Shown piece after piece: positions 1 to 10,217 of a stretch of 64,000 nucleotides of DNA. The notes under the pieces are model-generated. The model worked only from the letters and a program-made list of their open reading frames with translations, was not told the origin of the DNA and made no database searches. Within the stretch, counting starts at the first letter, position 1. Every line of letters starts with the position of its first letter. A program made the position numbers and the translations under genes. This stretch comes from a virus. The DNA is taken from IMG/VR virus record IMGVR_UViG_3300036770_008728, positions 1 to 64,000 of that record; one strand, written 5' to 3'.

Positions 1-1194
1 ATGGCTATTACAGTTACTTGGCTAAACGCCGTCCTGAATAAGCCCCGAGATAAAATACTCCGAAAAGCCGATACCAATGGGTTGAGTGTCCGTGTCACCC
101 TTCGAGGTAAAGTCATTTTTACCTACCGCTACCGGCTAGACGGGAAACAAACCTCGGTGGATATCGGGTCTTACCCCAGCACATCGCTTAATGAAGCTCG
201 AACCAAGGCACTCGAAATCATGAGCCAGCTGCAGGTTGGGGTGTCTCCCAAAACCACAAAGGACGAGCCGACTGAACCACAGATCCTCACTATTAAAGAC
301 CTGTGCCTCCGATGGTACGAGGATTACGTGAAAGTCCAACGCAAGAACGAAGCACCTGCAGTATTGCGGATAATGGAGTTGCACCTCTTCCCGGATTTTG
401 GTGACGTACCCGTTAACAGTCTTACGGTCAAAGGCGCTTTTAATATGCTGTCTGTGCTGGCCAAGTCACAGACCACCAGTAGGTTCATCACTCTACTGCA
501 GCAACTGAAGCAGGCATTCAGATATGGTGTTAAGTTCTACGATGTCGAACAGAACCCACTGAGTGAAATCACGAGCCGGGACTTTGGTAAGCAGGTGAAG
601 GACCGAGACCGTGTGTTATCCGAAGATGAGCTGGTTCAAATCATTCGGCTTATAGAATCTGATGAGTTCACCATTGAGCAGCGTTGTGTGTTCTGGATTG
701 TTCTCCATACCGGGTGCCGGCACTCTGAGCTCACCCAGGCACAGCACAGTAACTTTGATCTTGATACCGGGGTATGGACTGTGCCACGAGAACTCAGCAA
801 AAACAAAATCGCTGTGGTAAGGCCTTTGAGTCCTGAGTGTATGGTGTATGTGAAACGACTCATGGATTGGAATGTACACAGCCCCTTTATCCTACCGGGC
901 CGTAACCCATCCTCTCCAGTCCAAATCACTTGGGGTTGTCACATCGCCAGAAAGATGCGTGAATTCCTTAAAGAAACACCCGATTTCGAGGAATGGACCC
1001 TGCATGATTTAAGGAGAACGGCCAGGACGGCATGGTCAAAATGGACCCAACACCACGTTGCCGAACTAATGCTGGGCCACAAGCTGACAGGCGTTCATGC
1101 GGTGTACGATAGGTACAAGTACCTTGATGAGATGACCGAAACTTATAAACAGTGGGCGAATTATCTGGAGGGGTTAAAAAACAAAGGGGCTTAA
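1..1194 (+). CDS. int: Tyrosine integrase, P4-like, with N-terminal arm-binding domain
   Basis: N-terminal GLSVRVTLRG..FTYRYRLDGK..IGSYP..SL.EAR; catalytic TGCRHSE, HDLRRT, LGH, VY. Confidence 0.95.
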   Translation: MAITVTWLNAVLNKPRDKILRKADTNGLSVRVTLRGKVIFTYRYRLDGKQTSVDIGSYPSTSLNEARTKALEIMSQLQVGVSPKTTKDEPTEPQILTIKDLCLRWYEDYVKVQRKNEAPAVLRIMELHLFPDFGDVPVNSLTVKGAFNMLSVLAKSQTTSRFITLLQQLKQAFRYGVKFYDVEQNPLSEITSRDFGKQVKDRDRVLSEDELVQIIRLIESDEFTIEQRCVFWIVLHTGCRHSELTQAQHSNFDLDTGVWTVPRELSKNKIAVVRPLSPECMVYVKRLMDWNVHSPFILPGRNPSSPVQITWGCHIARKMREFLKETPDFEEWTLHDLRRTARTAWSKWTQHHVAELMLGHKLTGVHAVYDRYKYLDEMTETYKQWANYLEGLKNKGA

Positions 1195-1406
1195 GAGCCC
1201 CTTTTATTTTCCAAGCAGTCGACATACTGCATCAGCTTTGCGATATCAGGATCAGCGATGTATATCCCCGGTCCCAGTAACGGATGGTGATGCCGCACCG
1301 CTTTCAGCTGTGCTGGTAGACACTGAGGGCTTTGAACTGGGGTCGTCGTGCAACTCGCCAAAGCGCTGCTCAAAACTACCAACAGGATTGGCCGTAATTT
1401 GTTCAT
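1191..1406 (-). CDS. Putative o-spanin (Rz1-like lipoprotein)
   Basis: Signal peptide with lipobox ALASC, Pro-rich body, start embedded out of frame in 1252-1497. Confidence 0.65.
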   Translation of the reverse strand: MNKLRPILLVVLSSALASCTTTPVQSPQCLPAQLKAVRHHHPLLGPGIYIADPDIAKLMQYVDCLENKRGS

Positions 1407-1497
1407 TCCGTTTGTCCTGTTTTTGTTTGTCAGACATAGCCAATAGCCGAATAACGCCCTCAGCTATGACTCCCAGTATTTTCAGGATTTGGTTCAT
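1252..1497 (-). CDS. Putative i-spanin-like lysis protein
   Basis: Weakly hydrophobic N-terminus; follows holin and overlaps a lipoprotein gene (Rz/Rz1 arrangement). Confidence 0.45.
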   Translation of the reverse strand: MNQILKILGVIAEGVIRLLAMSDKQKQDKRNEQITANPVGSFEQRFGELHDDPSSKPSVSTSTAESGAASPSVTGTGDIHR

Positions 1498-1706
1498 TGA
1501 ATTTTCTTTTGTGCTTTAAGTCGGCCAACCAGCGCCATCACTGAACCCACGGCGGTACCCAGGGTGGAAAGTACTTCAACGAGGTCCTTCTGAGCCTGCT
1601 CATCCACGTTGTAACCGTAAATACTCCCAATCTGGGAAATCACGATTACCACAACGCCAATAATGGTTTTTGACTCATACCACTTTTTTGTCACGTAGCT
1701 GTTCAT
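1494..1706 (-). CDS. Putative holin (2 TM segments)
   Basis: 70 aa, KKWYESKTI start, two hydrophobic segments, basic C-terminus; full-length conserved RBS motif upstream. Confidence 0.7.
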   Translation of the reverse strand: MNSYVTKKWYESKTIIGVVVIVISQIGSIYGYNVDEQAQKDLVEVLSTLGTAVGSVMALVGRLKAQKKIQ

Positions 1707-1738
1707 TTGTTAATCCTAATGGTTATTGCTGTTGGGCA

Positions 1739-1948
1739 TTAGCCCTCTGTTTTTTCAATCTTACTTGCTGAGACCACTGCTCCTACAGCGTCGACTATCG
1801 CTTGAATCCCACAGGACCCATCTAAGGGGATCCCCACCAGTTGTGCAATCTGAGTCAGCGCCACATTAAGTTGCTGATTCGCTTGCTGCATCTGTTCCAG
1901 CTGCAGTTGTTTGTCAAAGGCCCAAGCCTTTACTTCGTTAATATCCAT
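1739..1948 (-). CDS. Hypothetical coiled-coil protein
   Basis: Start overlaps upstream stop; Q/L heptads. Confidence 0.6.
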   Translation of the reverse strand: MDINEVKAWAFDKQLQLEQMQQANQQLNVALTQIAQLVGIPLDGSCGIQAIVDAVGAVVSASKIEKTEG

Positions 1949-2304
1949 TATTCAGTCGCCAGAACATTTGTCAGTAACCACTGCTCACAAGCACTTACCA
2001 TTTCTGACTCAGCTAATGGCTGTTGAAGCTGCATATTAAAATATTCTGGAAAATTGTTAGGCCGGAAAGTCAGCGGGGGTTTACGTTCCTGTAAGGCCGC
2101 TAAGGACGGATAAATCAAGGCAGTGAAGCCAATTTGAGAATGAGACTGCTGACTGGTATTCACGTACTGTGGGCCAGTTTCAGTAATTTCCAGATTTAAT
2201 TGAGTATGTTGATTGGAACTGTGACTCACATGATTAATAACCACAACTGCTCCGGTATAAACAATACCGTGTGCATCTTCATAGCCATCGGGTACATTGA
2301 TCAT
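1948..2304 (-). CDS. Hypothetical protein, tail-fibre associated
   Basis: Start moved to ATG 2304 (MINVPDG), preceded by AAGGAG; follows fibre genes. Confidence 0.6.
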   Translation of the reverse strand: MINVPDGYEDAHGIVYTGAVVVINHVSHSSNQHTQLNLEITETGPQYVNTSQQSHSQIGFTALIYPSLAALQERKPPLTFRPNNFPEYFNMQLQQPLAESEMVSACEQWLLTNVLATE

Positions 2305-2366
2305 TGAACTCTCCTTTTGATTGATAGAAAAAATAGTGTGCAATAATGGCTCTAATTGAAAAGCCC

Positions 2367-3644
2367 CTAAACACCATAAAAGTTGAAACTGTAGTTTGCT
2401 GAAATGCTGACAATCACTGCGTTATTAAATTTGCTCCGTATTTGAATCGTAACTACACCAGAATATCGACGTTCCAAATTTTGGTGTGTTTGACTTAGTG
2501 TTACGCTGGTATTGTCTTCAGACCATGTGCCAGGTGAGCCCGTATTTGAGGTCATTTGTATTCCAGTAGATAACATGCCACCTGAAGACTGAGACAGGGT
2601 GTAGCGGTATTCTACGGCGCCCTTCATACCCGGCCCATATCCAACATCAAATCCCATATTTCCAGAGAGACCCACACCCCAAGTGATGCTAAGAGTTCTC
2701 ATCACCCCACTGGTGCTACCAGAGACAGATTGCGCCTTTGGGTAAACACTGAAGATCAGTGAGGTTCCAGAGCCGGCAAATTGGGATAATGAGAGGTTTC
2801 CAGAAGAGGGCACACTGGCATTTTTTGTAATGTTGGGGACATAACTCCCCCCCTTTAGATAGGCCCGTAAATTCCGATATGGGGGGTAGGCCAAACTGGT
2901 CCCTCCGAAGAAGTTTATGACATCGGTAAGGCTGATCGGCAGACTTACTTTTGGGAAATTGATTACTTGGCCGGTACCTGGGTCTGTCGCCGTCGTAACT
3001 GTAAAACTGGCACTGACCCCTCCGACGGTCATAGTTCCCGTTCTGGACGCTCCCCAACTAGAGGGCGAAGTTACAAACAGCTGAATTTTATCCCCGGCTT
3101 GCACCGTTGCACTGGTGACACTTGATCCACCATTTACAGTAAAATCGGCGCCGGCGCTGCAGGAGGCTGAGACTGGCGTGTTAATACCCGTTACCGTAAA
3201 GGGTGCTCCAGCAATCCGGTCACTTGTAGATACGCCAGAGTAACTGGGTCCTACACTAAAGGCATCTGGAGTGGCATCAATTCCGTCCGTAATTTTTATG
3301 TAGAGATTGGGGTACATCGAATGCCCCGGCCCGTACATATCTACAACCAGGGTGTCAATATAACCGGAGCCCACAACTGCGGACGCTATGGTTTGTCGAG
3401 TAACGGTTCCGTTTGGATTGGTTATCGGGGAGTTTGATGTGTCTGTCCAATACCCAGAGTCAAAAGCATAGACAAGAAAGAGGTATCCCGTAGCATCGCC
3501 AGTTTCCTGAAATATAAAATTTACGATGTCTCCCTTGGTAATCACTATGGGGTTGGCGTAACTGTTTGCCGGCAAAAAACTGGCCGTGCGGGTACCGAGC
3601 TCTTGGTTATAGTTTGCTCGGCAGTAAACGTTTATTGTGGCCAC
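2367..3644 (-). CDS. Accessory tail fibre / receptor-binding protein
   Basis: S/T/G-rich beta-type sequence, DATPDAFS segment, and ISL....FGG..GGSYVPN...VPSSG.LSLS.F.G motif typical of genes after S74-containing fibres. Confidence 0.65.
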   Translation of the reverse strand: MATINVYCRANYNQELGTRTASFLPANSYANPIVITKGDIVNFIFQETGDATGYLFLVYAFDSGYWTDTSNSPITNPNGTVTRQTIASAVVGSGYIDTLVVDMYGPGHSMYPNLYIKITDGIDATPDAFSVGPSYSGVSTSDRIAGAPFTVTGINTPVSASCSAGADFTVNGGSSVTSATVQAGDKIQLFVTSPSSWGASRTGTMTVGGVSASFTVTTATDPGTGQVINFPKVSLPISLTDVINFFGGTSLAYPPYRNLRAYLKGGSYVPNITKNASVPSSGNLSLSQFAGSGTSLIFSVYPKAQSVSGSTSGVMRTLSITWGVGLSGNMGFDVGYGPGMKGAVEYRYTLSQSSGGMLSTGIQMTSNTGSPGTWSEDNTSVTLSQTHQNLERRYSGVVTIQIRSKFNNAVIVSISANYSFNFYGV

Positions 3645-6600
3645 CGCGGTCCTCCACTAATGGCCCGAACCTCACGTTTCAGAGCTTTCAATGCTTCAAC
3701 AATTAAGCCCGTAACTGCCAAGTTTGAGACATGCAATTTCCCCTCGGACTCGTAAACTCCTTCAGGTAGAACCTTCTTAACATCTTGTGCGATAAGCCCG
3801 GCACATCTACGGTTATTTTGGTCAATCCGGTTAAAGGTTAAACCTGCCAGGTGCTCAATCAACTCCAAAGCGTTCTCTATGGGCGCCAGTCCTGTTTTAA
3901 CCCGAGCGTCCGACGTCGAAATACAGTCCGTGGCTGTTAATGTTCCCGCACAAGACGCATTACCCGCCTGTGTGACTCGGAAAGCCCAGTTCAGTTGATT
4001 ATTCAAAAATCCAATTTCTGATCCCGTGGCCATTGCTGCCCCGTGGCTCCCGAGGTACACGTAAACACTGGAACCCGCGGCGCTGTTAGCCGTCCATCCA
4101 TAATAGTTAGGTGTCCAGCTAGTTCCACCAGAGCTCAGAGATGTTACTGTTAATGTCGCATTGGTAGCAGATGTTACCCGACCCTTCGAGTCAATTTGTA
4201 AGACGGGAACCTGTGTACTGGAACCATAGGTGTTGGCTACAACCCCAGTCGTGGACAATGAAGCCGTGCCGGATAATGCTGCTTGACCATCAAAAGTACC
4301 GGGGTTCCAAACAACATCCCCACTCATACTCACAGACCGGGCAGTCGCCAGTTTGACCGCCGAGGTGGCCGTGGTGGCACTGGTGGCACTGGTAGCCGTC
4401 GTGGCGCTGGTGGCATTCCCATTTAAACTACCGTTAAACACGTTGGCGGTCAGATTACCTGAAGCATCCCTGGCGGCCACAGTACTTGCCGTGGCGGTCG
4501 TCACAGCATTTACCGACCAGGTGACAGAGTTTGATCCCGTGAAGGCGGACCCGGTAAGGTAGCTCCCTGGAGTGAGAGTTCCCCCTCCTCCGGTAGCAAT
4601 CGTAATAGAGCTTTCCCCTGTAAACGCAACACCGTTTATAGTGATGTTGTTTTTTAGCCGGGTCGCCGTTGCGGCGTTAAAAGAATTCACCGCGAGTTTT
4701 AACTGAGCAGCAGTGGCTATTTTCGCCACCGTGGACGTGCCGGCTACAACCTCGGGATCCGTCATCAGCGGTTTATTAGTAATGTTTGCCCAATCACTGG
4801 TGGTCCCTGCGGCGCCTGAGGGTACTTGGTACGCCCGGAAGTTGTGCGTTCCTTGGTAAGCTTCAGGCCAGTTATAAACCATGATCTGAACGCTGTATGT
4901 TAGAGGACCGGCCGGGGGGGTTGCTTCTGACGGAGACCAGTCAATCATGGGTAACTGCAGAGCGTACAAACCAGGCTCATCCAATGTAGCCGAACCAGAA
5001 AAGGTCTGGGTGGCAACTGTGGTGGTTCCCCGCTTAATTGTGACTTCAATAAGTGGAGTACTCGGAGCTGAGGGATAGGCTTTCATAATGCCCCGGCCAC
5101 CGTAGTTGTAATTGAATGAGATGGATGTCGCGTTGGAGTTTAGCGATGGCAAAGGAAATGTATTGGAAGAGAAAGCGCCGGAGTATGTCCGTAAACCCCC
5201 AAACTCGGGGTTCCCCGCACCGAGTTCAGAACGAAGCCAGCTGACTACACTGGCGTCGAGGTGCTTTTGTTTAACGGAGCTACCGCGGAGATATTCACCG
5301 TCCACGAACCCTACACCATTACCTACGGCGAACAGCTGAGAGTTGCTGGACATGGCCTCGATGTAGTAATTCCCCCCGAGTCTTAAATAGTTAGTGGCGT
5401 TACCGACCATTAAACTCCCAGTAATGGTGGCTTCCGTCGCAAACAGGCTATTTATGTTAATCTTGTCGGCGGTGATGGATCCTGTCACCAACAAGCTACC
5501 ATCAATAACTTCTGCAACAGTCGACCATGCACTACCTGTCCACGTTCGGGTTTCAGACCACTTTCCGGCGGGGTAACTTTGAGTTACCCGGTCAGCGACT
5601 ATTTTCCCATTGTGAGGAGCACCAGTCAGAGCAGAGTTCGCCGCAGCATCGGACCAGACTGCAGAGGAGGTTAGAACATAAACGTGAACAGTTCCCCGTC
5701 GGCCCTCGGCTCCCTTATCACCTGTTAGTTGCACCGGCGCTGACCAGCTACCAATCAGGGTGCCATCGGCATTTTTCTTCGCAGAACTCATGTAAAGGGG
5801 ATCGGTACCCGTCGGCGGGGCATCAAACCACCCAGCAGGGGCTTGACCTGTTGGGGTTGTTGGAGGTGTTGCTGACCGAATAAAGATGTAATCCACGTAT
5901 GGACCATCTTTACCTTTTTCCCCCACGATTCGAATGGCTGCAGACCACGTTACACCATTATCTGTACTCTGGCGCATGAACACGTCGAAGGCTTGGAACC
6001 CACTATGCCACGCGGCACCATCGACTGAATATTGAACCAATGTAACTGGAGCATTATCACCAGTTATTTTAACTGGCGTAGACCAAGTAACTACAATCGC
6101 CCCTGCCGCGTTTTTTGTGGCCTGTACCATCCACAGCGCGGTAGTACCCGCAGGAGTACTTGTTGTCCATCCGGCGGGTGTGGCTCCCGTTGGCGTTGCT
6201 GGCTGAGTTGCTGACCGCTGGTACCTGAACTCGATATAGTTACCATCCTCACCAGACAGTTTAATTACGTTGGACCAGGTACCTTGCAGCTGTCCCAAGG
6301 CGTTTTTTGTACCTCTGATCATCCAAAGGGCGCCTGCGCCACCCGGAGGATAATCTAACCAACCAGCGGGACTATCAACGTTTGTTGGTTGTGCCGGTTG
6401 TGTCGCGGCTCTTTGGAATCGGAAATCAATGTATTTCCCACCTTGGCCGTCTTCCCCCACAATTCGAATGGCTGTCGACCAGGTTACACCGCCGTCCGTG
6501 CTTTGGCGCATAAACATGTCGGTTTCACGGAATGCAGAGGACCAGTCATTAATACCATCTGGTGAGTACTGCACAGTTAATGTCTGAGCTGCACTGGTGA

Positions 6601-9600
6601 CCTCATTCCACTCAGTACTTGTACCATCCAAATAGAAAATTCGGCTGGTCATCCACAAAGTATCAGATCCCGGAGGAACCGCCAGGCTCCACCCAGCAGG
6701 TACCGGTGCTAAATAAGTCCCACTGACTTTAGTGGGTCTTAGAGGTTTACTGGTCGCTCGTTGATAAACGAAAACCGTCTTTTCCAGATTAAGTCCAAGC
6801 TCATCGAAGCTGGCTTTTTGTGTTTTTATGATTTGTCCAGGAGCGGGCTCCATTTGACCAGTCGTTGAGTTAAATACATCAGCCGGCCAAAACGACGAGT
6901 AATAACCGGCGTATTTAAATCTAACCCACACCTGACAATCCATTTCTGGCACACCGACGTAGAGGCCATACATGGACGCCCCAGTGTGCGCCAGTTTTCG
7001 TGGATTCATTACGACTTTTAATGGGTAGTTACCCTGACCATCCGGGGGCTGCTGAGTGTCTGGAACCTTATCGGAGTCCGCTACCCACCATTCAACTTCT
7101 GCAGGAACTGTGCCTCCCGAGCTGCTGAGCTCCCCAGAAATGGTTCGTGACGAACTGATTAGGGTGATACCTTGAACCGTGGGAAATTCAGGTTTCGTTA
7201 CATTGATCTGGCGCTTCTGCCAGGGGAATTCGTTGTAATTTGGAGGAGTAACTGTGCTGTAGACAAAAATATACCGTGGGTGTGTTGCCGACGTGGAGTA
7301 ATCCACAAAGTTTACGCTGGCACTCCATGCACCATAAACGTTACCACTGCCATTGTTCGTAACCGTTCTGGTTCGGTAAAACTTGTGTGTGGACAAATAA
7401 CCATAAACCCAGGTAGAACCATTGGCAGAGAACTGAATTTCTTGACCCAAAGTGAGATTCTGCAGGCCTCCCCACTCACCAAGAGCCACGCCACCTGCCG
7501 TGTATTGCCTCGACTTTCTCCACAGGTAACCACCTGAACCCGTCGGAGTTGAGTTCCACTTGAACGGCAATTCGTTCAGTAGCGCCTCGCTATCGCGTGA
7601 AATAAGGCGAACGTGTAAGGACCACCCACCATTGGCTGTATTCAACGCCGTTAGAATCGTGCTGCCTTCCAAGAGAATTTCTGGGGAGGTTTGAGTACCT
7701 TGCAATATGGTGGTCGGATAACTGGGACCGGTTGGTGGAACGACCGTACCAATCAGTTCGAAATTAAACCCAGATATTTCGTTAGAACCAAACAAATCGA
7801 GGGTCTGGTCCGTGCCGGGGATCAAGTAAGTCGCGGCCAGTTTTAGTTTCATACTCAGATAGTTAAATTCCTGAGTCACACTTATGGCCAGATTGGATTC
7901 CACGATATCTGCCGGCCGCAGTCGGTAAGACTGCCAATCCAGGATGTTGGAATTGAGTTTGATGTCCTGATAGCGCAACTGGACATAGAACTGATAAACA
8001 ATATCTCTCTTGATCGGGAATTCGTAATAACTGGTTCGAGTTACGGCCGCTTCATAAAATGGGTTACCGTTCTCGCTTACGTAGACTGCATAGGCAAGTC
8101 CCAAGAATGAATATTGTTCGGTGTCCCACTGCAGACGAACCATTGGGCTGAGTTCACCGTTCACAATGAGAGAGGTCTCACCGATATAGCTGAGGTTATT
8201 CGGCCCTTTAGGCATACGAGGTTGTTCAAAGTTGTACCGAGGCTTTTCTCCGAGTACACCATCTAAGGCCTGTTGCCACTTATTCCGGTTTACTTCAACA
8301 CAGGTAATAGACCTGAGATGTGAGGCTCCATCTACCCGGCTAATAGCCACAATACGGAATGGTTTGGAGACACCCGGGGCCGCACCGGTTTTCTGAATGG
8401 AGAACGCGGGGTATTCCGCCAATGAGGCTGTCACCGCCGCGGTCAGTGTTAGAGTGCTATAACTGCCCACTGCCGGAATATTAAAGCTATGGGTCACGGT
8501 AGATCCATTAGCTGTCTGCAGCAAAAAGCTGTAAGTGCCTATGGCTTCAAAATACAACGGATCACGCAAAATAACGGTGGTGCCGGTGATACTGCGGGCA
8601 CGGCCTGACATCCCCCAGTCCATATCCGGATCTACGATATTAATGATGTCGTAGATTTCCCAGCTGATGGCCATCAGTGGAATGGTGAAGGTGCATGTCA
8701 GAACTTCGGTCTGAGCGCTGATGAGTCGGTAAAACGCCTTGTACGTGGCTTCATAAATATTGGTGCAACCGAGAGCCTTGAACTCATAGATGTTTACGCC
8801 CTGAGATTTCTGCGCCTCTTCATCGCGGAACGGGCCAACGAACTGTTCTTGCCAATCCAGTTCCGGCTCAATATATGTGGCTTGGACCTCGTTAGGTCGG
8901 TCTTTCAATGCGCTGGATGAGTAGTTAAAAACAATGCCGCTATCTTGCTGCACACACATTTCTGGTGTGACATCCATGATAGCTGCGACGTTACGGTCAG
9001 AAACAATTTTTAGAAAGCCCGAGGCATATTCAATGGCCTGTGCGTGAGCTGAACCAAGGATAAAGTTAATCAACTCCAGACCCAGCATTGGATCCCGAAT
9101 CACACCGTTGAAGGTGAACAGTGGAATAGTTTTACCATCCACTGTTCTCATGGTGTCGGCGTACTTCGCTTCCTCATACAGGCTGAAATCGTCCACTGTA
9201 ACCCGCGGGTTATACCGAGCCATACCGAAGCGTGGGTTGGTGATGAGCTCTCTGACTATCCAGAAGGGGTTGTTCGTCCACACGCGAGATGTTTTAAAGG
9301 TCCCATCCCACGGCGTTGACTCGTTGTATGTCCGAGCCACTGGATCATAGTTACTGGGTACCTTACACAGCAAACCTCGCCACACAGCTGTAAGGCCAGG
9401 GATCCGGTTAAAGTTCTCACCAATTTTGGACACGAACGTCATCATTGCCGTGCCAGGGTGATACTCTTTAGTGACCTGACCATCCTTGTTCAGAGACTCT
9501 GACAACTCATAGTTCAGCCAGAACAGTTCGCGGATGGTCGTTTCAGGGTCGTTCACATCCAACATGGTGACCCGAAGGTCCCTATCTACGCTGGTGTCTG

Positions 9601-10189
9601 GTAAGAAAAATGCAAACGACCGGACAAAACCACCACTAAGGGTTTTACCAGAAATAGTGTGTGTCTCAGTGTTCCAGCTGGCGTCCGCGGATTTTTTGTG
9701 ATCAATACGAACTCTAACTGAAAGCTCTTTCGCGCCGTCCTTTGTGACATTCGCCAGACGAGCAACCATCAGGCGGATTTCAATTTTGTTGTATTTGTTC
9801 CGGTATAACGAGGGAACCGTACGAGTGATTGATACATCCTGTTCAAGACTGGCCGATACTGCGACAGGTGTGGCCGTACCGCCAAGCATGTAGGGGATAG
9901 GTGTCTGGCCATAGACCGGATCTTCCACCTCGGTAACGGCGGTACCCGGTTCGAAGTTAATGACAACCTGACTTTCTTTGAACGACTTGTCGCCCGACGC
10001 CGTGAGAATGGGTGTACCATCGAGATAAACATTTTTCAGCTTCTCTTCGATTGTCGCCCCTTTAATGCCCTCAATCGGGCCTTCAGAAATACCGAGCACA
10101 ACCTCAACGGCATCCCCACTGAATAGTGAATCCCGAGAGTTTTTTGGGCCACTACCGCCGCCCGCCCCTGAAGTAAAAGGCTTTGTCAT
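3632..10189 (-). CDS. Tail tip protein J fused to fibre repeats and a C-terminal intramolecular chaperone (peptidase S74)
   Basis: ISEGPIEG, VPSNYDPVARTY..WDGTFK..WTNNP.W (gpJ-like); GEDG/GEKG repeats; SDARVKT..IENAL..L.G.TF..GLIAQDV..VLPE.V. Confidence 0.9.
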   Translation of the reverse strand: MTKPFTSGAGGGSGPKNSRDSLFSGDAVEVVLGISEGPIEGIKGATIEEKLKNVYLDGTPILTASGDKSFKESQVVINFEPGTAVTEVEDPVYGQTPIPYMLGGTATPVAVSASLEQDVSITRTVPSLYRNKYNKIEIRLMVARLANVTKDGAKELSVRVRIDHKKSADASWNTETHTISGKTLSGGFVRSFAFFLPDTSVDRDLRVTMLDVNDPETTIRELFWLNYELSESLNKDGQVTKEYHPGTAMMTFVSKIGENFNRIPGLTAVWRGLLCKVPSNYDPVARTYNESTPWDGTFKTSRVWTNNPFWIVRELITNPRFGMARYNPRVTVDDFSLYEEAKYADTMRTVDGKTIPLFTFNGVIRDPMLGLELINFILGSAHAQAIEYASGFLKIVSDRNVAAIMDVTPEMCVQQDSGIVFNYSSSALKDRPNEVQATYIEPELDWQEQFVGPFRDEEAQKSQGVNIYEFKALGCTNIYEATYKAFYRLISAQTEVLTCTFTIPLMAISWEIYDIINIVDPDMDWGMSGRARSITGTTVILRDPLYFEAIGTYSFLLQTANGSTVTHSFNIPAVGSYSTLTLTAAVTASLAEYPAFSIQKTGAAPGVSKPFRIVAISRVDGASHLRSITCVEVNRNKWQQALDGVLGEKPRYNFEQPRMPKGPNNLSYIGETSLIVNGELSPMVRLQWDTEQYSFLGLAYAVYVSENGNPFYEAAVTRTSYYEFPIKRDIVYQFYVQLRYQDIKLNSNILDWQSYRLRPADIVESNLAISVTQEFNYLSMKLKLAATYLIPGTDQTLDLFGSNEISGFNFELIGTVVPPTGPSYPTTILQGTQTSPEILLEGSTILTALNTANGGWSLHVRLISRDSEALLNELPFKWNSTPTGSGGYLWRKSRQYTAGGVALGEWGGLQNLTLGQEIQFSANGSTWVYGYLSTHKFYRTRTVTNNGSGNVYGAWSASVNFVDYSTSATHPRYIFVYSTVTPPNYNEFPWQKRQINVTKPEFPTVQGITLISSSRTISGELSSSGGTVPAEVEWWVADSDKVPDTQQPPDGQGNYPLKVVMNPRKLAHTGASMYGLYVGVPEMDCQVWVRFKYAGYYSSFWPADVFNSTTGQMEPAPGQIIKTQKASFDELGLNLEKTVFVYQRATSKPLRPTKVSGTYLAPVPAGWSLAVPPGSDTLWMTSRIFYLDGTSTEWNEVTSAAQTLTVQYSPDGINDWSSAFRETDMFMRQSTDGGVTWSTAIRIVGEDGQGGKYIDFRFQRAATQPAQPTNVDSPAGWLDYPPGGAGALWMIRGTKNALGQLQGTWSNVIKLSGEDGNYIEFRYQRSATQPATPTGATPAGWTTSTPAGTTALWMVQATKNAAGAIVVTWSTPVKITGDNAPVTLVQYSVDGAAWHSGFQAFDVFMRQSTDNGVTWSAAIRIVGEKGKDGPYVDYIFIRSATPPTTPTGQAPAGWFDAPPTGTDPLYMSSAKKNADGTLIGSWSAPVQLTGDKGAEGRRGTVHVYVLTSSAVWSDAAANSALTGAPHNGKIVADRVTQSYPAGKWSETRTWTGSAWSTVAEVIDGSLLVTGSITADKININSLFATEATITGSLMVGNATNYLRLGGNYYIEAMSSNSQLFAVGNGVGFVDGEYLRGSSVKQKHLDASVVSWLRSELGAGNPEFGGLRTYSGAFSSNTFPLPSLNSNATSISFNYNYGGRGIMKAYPSAPSTPLIEVTIKRGTTTVATQTFSGSATLDEPGLYALQLPMIDWSPSEATPPAGPLTYSVQIMVYNWPEAYQGTHNFRAYQVPSGAAGTTSDWANITNKPLMTDPEVVAGTSTVAKIATAAQLKLAVNSFNAATATRLKNNITINGVAFTGESSITIATGGGGTLTPGSYLTGSAFTGSNSVTWSVNAVTTATASTVAARDASGNLTANVFNGSLNGNATSATTATSATSATTATSAVKLATARSVSMSGDVVWNPGTFDGQAALSGTASLSTTGVVANTYGSSTQVPVLQIDSKGRVTSATNATLTVTSLSSGGTSWTPNYYGWTANSAAGSSVYVYLGSHGAAMATGSEIGFLNNQLNWAFRVTQAGNASCAGTLTATDCISTSDARVKTGLAPIENALELIEHLAGLTFNRIDQNNRRCAGLIAQDVKKVLPEGVYESEGKLHVSNLAVTGLIVEALKALKREVRAISGGPRWPQ
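5700..6790 (-). repeat. Internal protein repeats in tail tip/fibre (boundaries approximate)
   Basis: Two copies of VQYSxDG..W...F...D.FMRQSTD.GVTWS.AIRIVGE and four of (F/Y)xR....P..P....GW...PP.G...L(W/Y)M. Confidence 0.8.
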
Positions 10190-10217
10190 TGTTTGTTAAT
10201 CCCTAATTTGTGCTCTA

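Noticed and set aside
2367-10189. Diversity-generating retroelement or invertible fibre cassette
   Set aside because: No reverse transcriptase, invertase or template/variable repeat pair seen in the window
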